Positions 58,480 to 64,000 of a stretch of 64,000 nt of DNA are shown here, one piece after another. This stretch comes from an uncultured Heliobacteriaceae bacterium. GTDB lineage: Bacteria > Acidobacteriota > Blastocatellia > RBC074. Position numbers and translations under genes: made by a program. Every line of letters starts with the position of its first letter. The first letter of the stretch is position 1. Location of the stretch: the NCBI GenBank assembly GCA_964468345.1, contig CAYXVZ010000012.1:10122-74121 (forward strand). Direction: 5' to 3'. The notes under the pieces are model-generated. The model did no database searches, was not told where the DNA came from, and saw nothing but the letters and a program-made list of their open reading frames with translations.

Positions 58480-60259
58480 AGTTTGCTGCCTCTCCTGAAT
58501 TACGGGTAACGGGGTACCTGTGCATGAAAATCCGCATTTCCTTCCCCTTTAGGTGGGTTCAAAGAATGCACAAATAACTGCGAATGTAGGTACAGTCGGA
58601 TTCATCCCTGCTGGTGCAGCCAAGTTTTCGGTAAGCGCCAACCTTTTCTTTCGAAGGTTGATCATCTGGGAAGAGAGTCGCTGCGGCGTTAGATCGTGAA
58701 CCGGGCCACGGCGATTTTTGAAAGCTAGAAATTAAGGAGGTCAGAATAATAGACCAGGTTGGAGCCGGTCAAGTTAAGTCAGGATGAAGTCCCCTTCTTA
58801 TTTTATTGGAAAGCTCGCGCTTTACTGGAAAGCTTTCGCTCACGAAGAGGAACGAAACTTCGCCCCGGCAGTTTTGGAGATCTCAAGCGGAGGGGCGAAC
58901 CGATCGCCGAACCGAAGCGTCTTGAATCATTCAATGCTCGCAACATTAATATATTGCAGGCGGATATATAGCATGCGATGACGCCAAAGCGGGAGAAAAA
59001 AGTTAACGATTTCTAGCGCTGAACCGCGCCCAAATTCCTCTGTCCATATGCAAAGAATAGGTTTAGGCCAATTTCATTTTTTTGAAGCCGCGAATTATGC
59101 TTCGTAACAGCAATATCGTTACCGGACTTTTTTGACGTCTTAAGTCCTCGCGATTGTCACGGCGTTGCTGGCGGCTTGGCGGACATCTCTTTGGTCAGAC
59201 CTTACTGTCGTCTGCTGGCTTTCTTTCGTCTCCGTTCACGCCTACGCCTCTGATTGCGTTCTTTTGCGTCCCGTTTCATCAATTCTTCCATTTCCTTGCC
59301 TCCGCGCGTCCTGTGCCGATGCGCCCAAATTACCATTCCGACAAGGAAGAAGACGCCAATCAAAGGCAAAAGAATTGTAAAAGCAGACTCAAGCATTGTT
59401 GGGCGCGGTTATCGCTTTTTTGAATCCAGTCATTTAGCCGGATTGGTTATTGGTTACGTCCTCTCTTGAGGACTTTTCTCACTGCCTTCTCTGGCGGTTT
59501 TCTTTTCGACTTCTCTACCTCGTTCGTTGTGGCTTGCTCGCTGTCATCTGCCTGTTTAGCCGGTCTGCCCGGCTTGCCATAATCCTTCTGATCAGCAAGG
59601 GCGCTTTCGTCGATTGCATATCTTTCAGCAGCTTGGCTTGCAGCTTGGCTAGCGATTAGAAAATCCAGGCAGTTCCTTTACATAAAAAACATATCCACCG
59701 TCAACTGTATTTTATCGATGGCCGCATCAGTCCTCTTGAACAATGAGCGGACGATCCTGCAGCCCATCTGCCGCGAGGACCAGACCAGCGCGGACGCGTA
59801 TAACGAGCGGCACTGGCAGAGGGCCGAGACGGCCGGACGTTCCGGGATTCTGTTCTTTTCACCGATGACGCCGTCACCGGCCTTGTAGGCGGGGGCAGCG
59901 AAGGGCTACCGGACCAATGTCTTCCTTTCTGGGATGCAAGTAAGACAGGCAACAAGGCGGGTGCCCTTACATTTGGGCGAGCAATTGATTGGTCAACAAT
60001 GGATCTCATAGATACATGCACGATCATTAGGAGGCTCAGATCGGATCGTGCGCGGGTAAGGGGGTGATAGCCCGGTTTTGAGGAAGACTGCTGGAATCTT
60101 CTGAGAATGGAGAAGCCACATTGAGCCTGGCCAGGACGAGAATGGCTTTTGGGTTTGCGAGCTTGAAGGATTCGCGCTCCGCCCGGATTTTTTCCGCGGG
60201 CCGCTCTCCATCCCGCTGTTTAAATGGAGGCGTTCACCGGAACAGATTTAGCGAATTCT

Positions 60260-61261
60260 TTACTTCGCTGGTTTTGTGACCTTTACGCGGCCTCCGTCGA
60301 GCATTTCGACCCCGTAATCGAGCGTGATCGGATTGCCGTCCTTGCCGAGGGCGTGGACCGTGAAGCCGCCGCGCGTCCCTTCCATTTTCAAAACGACGGG
60401 AAAGCGGCCCAGCACTTCATCGCGGAAGGGCGTCGAGTAATTTCGCGAGCGCGGATCGTAGGCCAGGATCTTGAGCCGGTCGAAATCCACGCGTTCATCC
60501 GCCTTCGCCAGCTTCCGTTCCATCAATAAAAAGTGATCGCCGGTCTTGCTGTCGTCGCCTTTGAGCGTGGCGATTTTCTGCCAGCCGACAATCTTGCGAT
60601 CGGTCGAGGCGAAATAGAGGATCTCGCCGGGGATATCCAGATCGACCGAGCCGCCATAAATCCAACCGGCCGGCAGCACAGCGTAATCCTTTAGCCGAAC
60701 CTTGTACCATTCGTCATAACGGACTTCGTTGGCATTGCCGGCGGGCGATTGCGCCGTCGGCAGGTTGTGGGGCCGCGGTTTTCGTTCCCTCGCCACGATT
60801 TCAAAGGAGGCGCCCGCGGGCAGCGTCGTGGTCACGTTGTCATCGGTCGTGCGATCGGGCGTCAGCCGCAGCTTGAGCTGCGCTTTCGATTTTCCGGTGG
60901 CCTGCGCGGGAATCTCCTTGATTTCATCCGCGAGTTGCCGCGATTGCGTCACGATCTCTTCCTTGACGAGGACGCGGGTTTCCACCCACCCCGATTGCCC
61001 TTCGGGACCGTTGATTTTCGACCAGCTGTTTCCATCTTCGGACTTCGCCCGGTCCGTGACCGTGACCTTGTCGCCCGATTTCAATTCGCCAACCGTTCGA
61101 GGCGCTTCGGCGACGGCGCTTCGCACCTTGACGCGTTCCGGTATGACATAGGCCGTTTCATTGATCAGCGAAACTTTCGAACAGGCAGAGGTGAGCAAGA
61201 GAACTGTAGACAGCGCAATCGCAGTCCTGCGCAACCGGTTGCAACCGGAGTTAAGTATCAT
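60260..61261 (-). CDS. hypothetical lipoprotein with SH3-like region
   Basis: Start at MILNSGCNRLRRTAIALSTVLLLTSACSK (lipobox). No recognisable catalytic motif. Confidence 0.45.
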   Translation of the reverse strand: MILNSGCNRLRRTAIALSTVLLLTSACSKVSLINETAYVIPERVKVRSAVAEAPRTVGELKSGDKVTVTDRAKSEDGNSWSKINGPEGQSGWVETRVLVKEEIVTQSRQLADEIKEIPAQATGKSKAQLKLRLTPDRTTDDNVTTTLPAGASFEIVARERKPRPHNLPTAQSPAGNANEVRYDEWYKVRLKDYAVLPAGWIYGGSVDLDIPGEILYFASTDRKIVGWQKIATLKGDDSKTGDHFLLMERKLAKADERVDFDRLKILAYDPRSRNYSTPFRDEVLGRFPVVLKMEGTRGGFTVHALGKDGNPITLDYGVEMLDGGRVKVTKPAK

Positions 61262-61332
61262 TATGGGTCCCTTCAAATTGTCGTGGAGCACTCGCGACTT
61301 TAGAGCGTTTGAAACTGCGAGTTTACAAAGGA

Positions 61333-61490
61333 AGGTCCAGGGAAGTCTAGAGAAGTCTCGGGAAGTCTGGAGAAGTCTGGAAAGGTCTTGAGAGTTTTTT
61401 CTTCAATGACATGTGCTGATTTTGCGAGAGAGACTTCTCCAGACTTCCCGAGACTTCTCTAGACTTTTCCAGACTTTTCCAGACTCTTCA
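61333..61490. repeat. family B inverted decamer array, copy 3
   Basis: GGGAAGTCTAGAGAAGTCTCGGGAAGTCTGGAGAAGTCTGGAAAGGTCT faces AGACTTCTCCAGACTTCCCGAGACTTCTCTAGACTTTTCCAGACTTTTCCAGACTC. The array is intergenic, 5' of the lipoprotein gene. Confidence 0.7.
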
Positions 61491-62571
61491 CGGCTGTTTC
61501 GCAAGCGGGGACACCCGATCGAGGCTGGTTTTGAGGTCGGCATTGCTGCGGCCGCTGGCTTCATATGCTCTTGTATAGGCGTCCAGCGCAGCCGAATAGC
61601 GGCGCAGGTTCTCGAGCACGAATCCAAGGTAATACAACGTATTCACGTCGCCAGGATTGAGTTTGTCCGCCTGCGCGAACATTTCCGAGGCGCGCGTCCA
61701 GGCTTTGGTCTGTGCCAGGGCGAAGCCCAGGTTGAAATAGAGCGGCGCGGCTGGCGTTTTGGTCAGTTCGAGCGCGCGCGAAAGATGCGTCTCGGCCGCG
61801 CGGTAGTTCTTGGTCGCGAGATAGGCGCGTCCAAGCAATTCCAGCGAAGCCCCATCCTCGCGCAATGTCTTCAGCGATGTCGCGGTGCGAATGGCGTCGT
61901 CGAAATAAAAGCCGGCTTTCTTCTCGTCGTTTTCATTCGCCCCCTGCCGCAAGAGCGATTCCGCCAGCAGGCCGAGCATCTCCACATTTTTCGGGTTGGC
62001 CGAAAGGCCGAAGCGCAGGGCCGTGATGGCTTCATTGAGACGGCCGTTTCGGAAGTGCTGCGTGCCGAGGTAGTACCATGAATCGGAATCCTTCGGATCG
62101 ATCTTCACCGATTTTTGGAAGGCTTCCGACGCATCCTCCGGCCGATTCAGGTTCGCGTAGGTCACGCCGAGCAGATAATAGTTCGTTGCAACATTCATCT
62201 GCACCCGCGTCAGCGTTTCGAGGTAGGGCAGGGCCTTGTCATAAGCATTGAGCGCGATGTAGGCCTGCCCGATGGCGCGATAGAGATCGGGATCGTTGCG
62301 GCTTTCCTTGCGTTTGAGCGCCAGCGATTTATCCAGCGGTTCGATGCAGGCCTTGTAATCCTTGAGCTGGTAATAGGCGAGGCCGATAAATTTCCAACTG
62401 TCGGAATGATCGGGAAACTCGGCCAGCACGCGCTCGAATTCCGCGATGGCTTCGCGATATTGCCCCTGCTTATAAAGCGAGACGGCTTTTTCCCAATCGA
62501 AAAGCGCCGCGGCCTGCGAAGAAACGACGAATGAAATCAGCAAAGCCAGAATGGTGATCGTTTTTTTCATG
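61488..62571 (-). CDS. secreted TPR-repeat protein
   Basis: Start at MKKTITILALLISFVVSSQAA (signal peptide). Tandem 34-aa TPR repeats with the A/Y/L consensus. Confidence 0.7.
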
Positions 62572-62831
62572 CCTACTCCTGCTTTCGGAATCTTATCACG
62601 GCGGCGCCGGGGAGTATTCGGGCCGCACGATCTTAGAACGCCCGAAATCTCCTTGAGTTGCATAGAAAGAATGAGGCGGGGAAAGAGAGCGTGAGATCTG
62701 TGGTGCAGATTCTCAACCTGCACCAAGAAAGCAGGAGGACCGATAAAATTCAAAGGGACTTTGGCGTGGGTGGTGCAGGTCGAAAACCTGCACCACCGAA
62801 AAATTGTGAGCTGCCGGTAGCGTTGCCGGTC

Positions 62832-63473
62832 CTATTCAGGAGCCTGATCGGCTTGCTCCTTTTTCGCCTTCCACTTTCGCGCCAGCAGCGCCGCGAGTCC
62901 CGTCCCGACCAGAACAATGGTTCCGGGTTCGGGAATTTCCGCGGGCGGTTGTCCCGGCGGCGGCGTCGCCGATGGGCCGGGCGAAACCGTGACGATCGGG
63001 CTGGCCGGAATGCTGATGGTCGGCGTCGGTTGCGGCGTTTCGGAATCGCGGCCCGGCCGGCATAGAACCGCGCACAAAATTCCGCCCGCAACGATCGGCG
63101 GAACGATCCACCACCAGCGCGATCCCGGTTCGCGGAAGGCGGCCGGCGTCACCGGCTCGACGCAGTTTTCATCGCAGAGAATGCCGGGCCCGTAGCGAAC
63201 GATGCGTCCATCGGGCAGGCGAACAAATTCAGGATGGTTCGGGCTTTCCTGTGCTTTCGGCGCCTGTCCTTGTGATTGCGCCTGTCCCTGCTGCTGCGCG
63301 GGCACATCGGTCCGCGCGACCGTTGGTGAATTTGTCACCGTACGCGGACGATCCGCCGAATCCTGTCGAAGTTGCTGGTAGGTTATGCTGTCGGCGAGCG
63401 CACCTTCCGCGGCCATTCCGAACATTAGGACGGCCATGAGAAGCGTTTTGAGAAAGTTTGTTTTTCTCTTCAT
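62832..63473 (-). CDS. PEP-CTERM sorting-domain protein
   Basis: Signal peptide, Pro-rich spacer, and a C-terminal PEPGTIVLVGTGLAALLARKWKAKK (PEP motif, TM helix, basic tail). Confidence 0.7.
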   Translation of the reverse strand: MKRKTNFLKTLLMAVLMFGMAAEGALADSITYQQLRQDSADRPRTVTNSPTVARTDVPAQQQGQAQSQGQAPKAQESPNHPEFVRLPDGRIVRYGPGILCDENCVEPVTPAAFREPGSRWWWIVPPIVAGGILCAVLCRPGRDSETPQPTPTISIPASPIVTVSPGPSATPPPGQPPAEIPEPGTIVLVGTGLAALLARKWKAKKEQADQAPE

Positions 63474-63619
63474 ACAATGTTTTTCAGGCGAAGGTTTGGG
63501 GGCGGCACACAATTCTTGAGAAATTGCATTATACGAGCAATGCTATGTAATTGTAAATAATAAACTAATATGATGCTGCCCAGGGCGAAGTCAGCGCAGG
63601 CGAGTTTCTTACGGGATTG

Positions 63620-63720
63620 AAGAAATCAAAAGGCAAAACGCAAATATCAAAAGGCAAAAGTAGGAATCTCATTTCACATAAAAGGCTTTGCAGGCAATCC
63701 TCTTGCCTGTTGATTTCTTC
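63620..63720. repeat. family C hairpin element, copy 3 (second arm degenerate)
   Basis: GAAGAAATCAAAAGGCAAAACGCAAATATCAAAAGGCAAAAG ... GCCTGTTGATTTCTTC. Confidence 0.55.
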
Positions 63721-63747
63721 TGCCGTTTCCACATTTCTAATCCCGAT

Positions 63748-64000
63748 TCAGTTTTCCTTCTGTACTCCGCCGGTCGCCAGGCAGACGTGAATTTCAGGCT
63801 GAAGCCCGCTCAATTTCTCGTACTCGCGATAAATTGTCTGGATAAAGGTTTCCGTCGCATCGGCGGCGACCAGATTCACGGTGCAGCCGCCAAATCCGCC
63901 GCCTGTCATGCGCGCGCCGTAAACGCCGGGAATCTTTTGCGTCAGATCGACGAGCAGGTCGAGTTCGGGGCTGCTCACTTCATAATCGGATTTCAGGCTT
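63748..64000 (-). CDS. galK: galactokinase (GHMP kinase), 3' end. The gene continues beyond the window.
   Basis: GHMP motif GARMTGGGFGGC and the C-terminal region. Confidence 0.7.
   Translation of the reverse strand, partial: SLKSDYEVSSPELDLLVDLTQKIPGVYGARMTGGGFGGCTVNLVAADATETFIQTIYREYEKLSGLQPEIHVCLATGGVQKEN

Noticed and set aside
58480-58760. Cobalamin riboswitch in the 5' leader of the TonB-dependent receptor gene
   Set aside because: The leader has an AGGGATGAATCCGACTGTA stretch reminiscent of the riboswitch core. It lacks the B12 box (GCCACUG) and the GGUG element. The receptor is a CarboxypepD_reg type rather than BtuB-like.

Overview
This is a high-GC (about 60%) bacterial chromosomal window. 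From the gene content I infer an Acidobacteria-type organism (Solibacter-like), but that is an inference, not a database hit. The clues are many secreted hydrolases, three Ser/Thr kinases with TPR or TolB-like propeller domains, an ECF sigma factor with an N-terminal extension, a PEP-CTERM protein and a CarboxypepD_reg-type TonB receptor.

I call about 45 protein genes. Housekeeping genes include recX, yebC, a RecU-like resolvase, arfB, surE-pcm, a DedA membrane protein, an MreB paralog, comF and the 3' end of galK. The 28-35 kb region is a belt of secreted hydrolases: penicillin acylase, an M20 carbamoylase, an esterase and a tannase.

The most notable features are:
1. 35.5-39.8 kb: a lower-GC (about 50%) island of three genes with no recognisable system context. 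They encode a 2-TM membrane protein, a secreted zincin-like HExxH metallopeptidase and a 585-aa patatin-like phospholipase. It lies next to an ECF sigma factor and an STK-propeller protein.
2. 52.7-53.4 kb: a tRNA(CAU) gene split by a 619-nt group I intron. The intron core resembles the Azoarcus tRNA-Ile intron, and it carries an antisense HNH endonuclease ORF.
3. 21.4-21.9 kb: a peroxiredoxin with an in-frame TGA exactly at the peroxidatic Cys position and a SECIS-like hairpin downstream. This is a candidate selenoprotein.
4. A MITE-like hairpin repeat family with three copies. One copy is inserted in-frame in the spacer region of the penicillin-acylase precursor.
5. 44.6-47.2 kb: a copper-monooxygenase (PHM/DBH-like) gene with a CxxCH motif, convergent with an NHL-propeller (PAL-like) gene. 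This is a possible split peptide-amidation pair.
6. An unusual density of distinct palindromic intergenic element families, including arrays with 10-bp periodicity.
7. A frameshifted amidohydrolase pseudogene.

I found no rRNA and no CRISPR array. Most of the additional long ORFs in the six-frame track are antisense shadow ORFs typical of GC-rich DNA.
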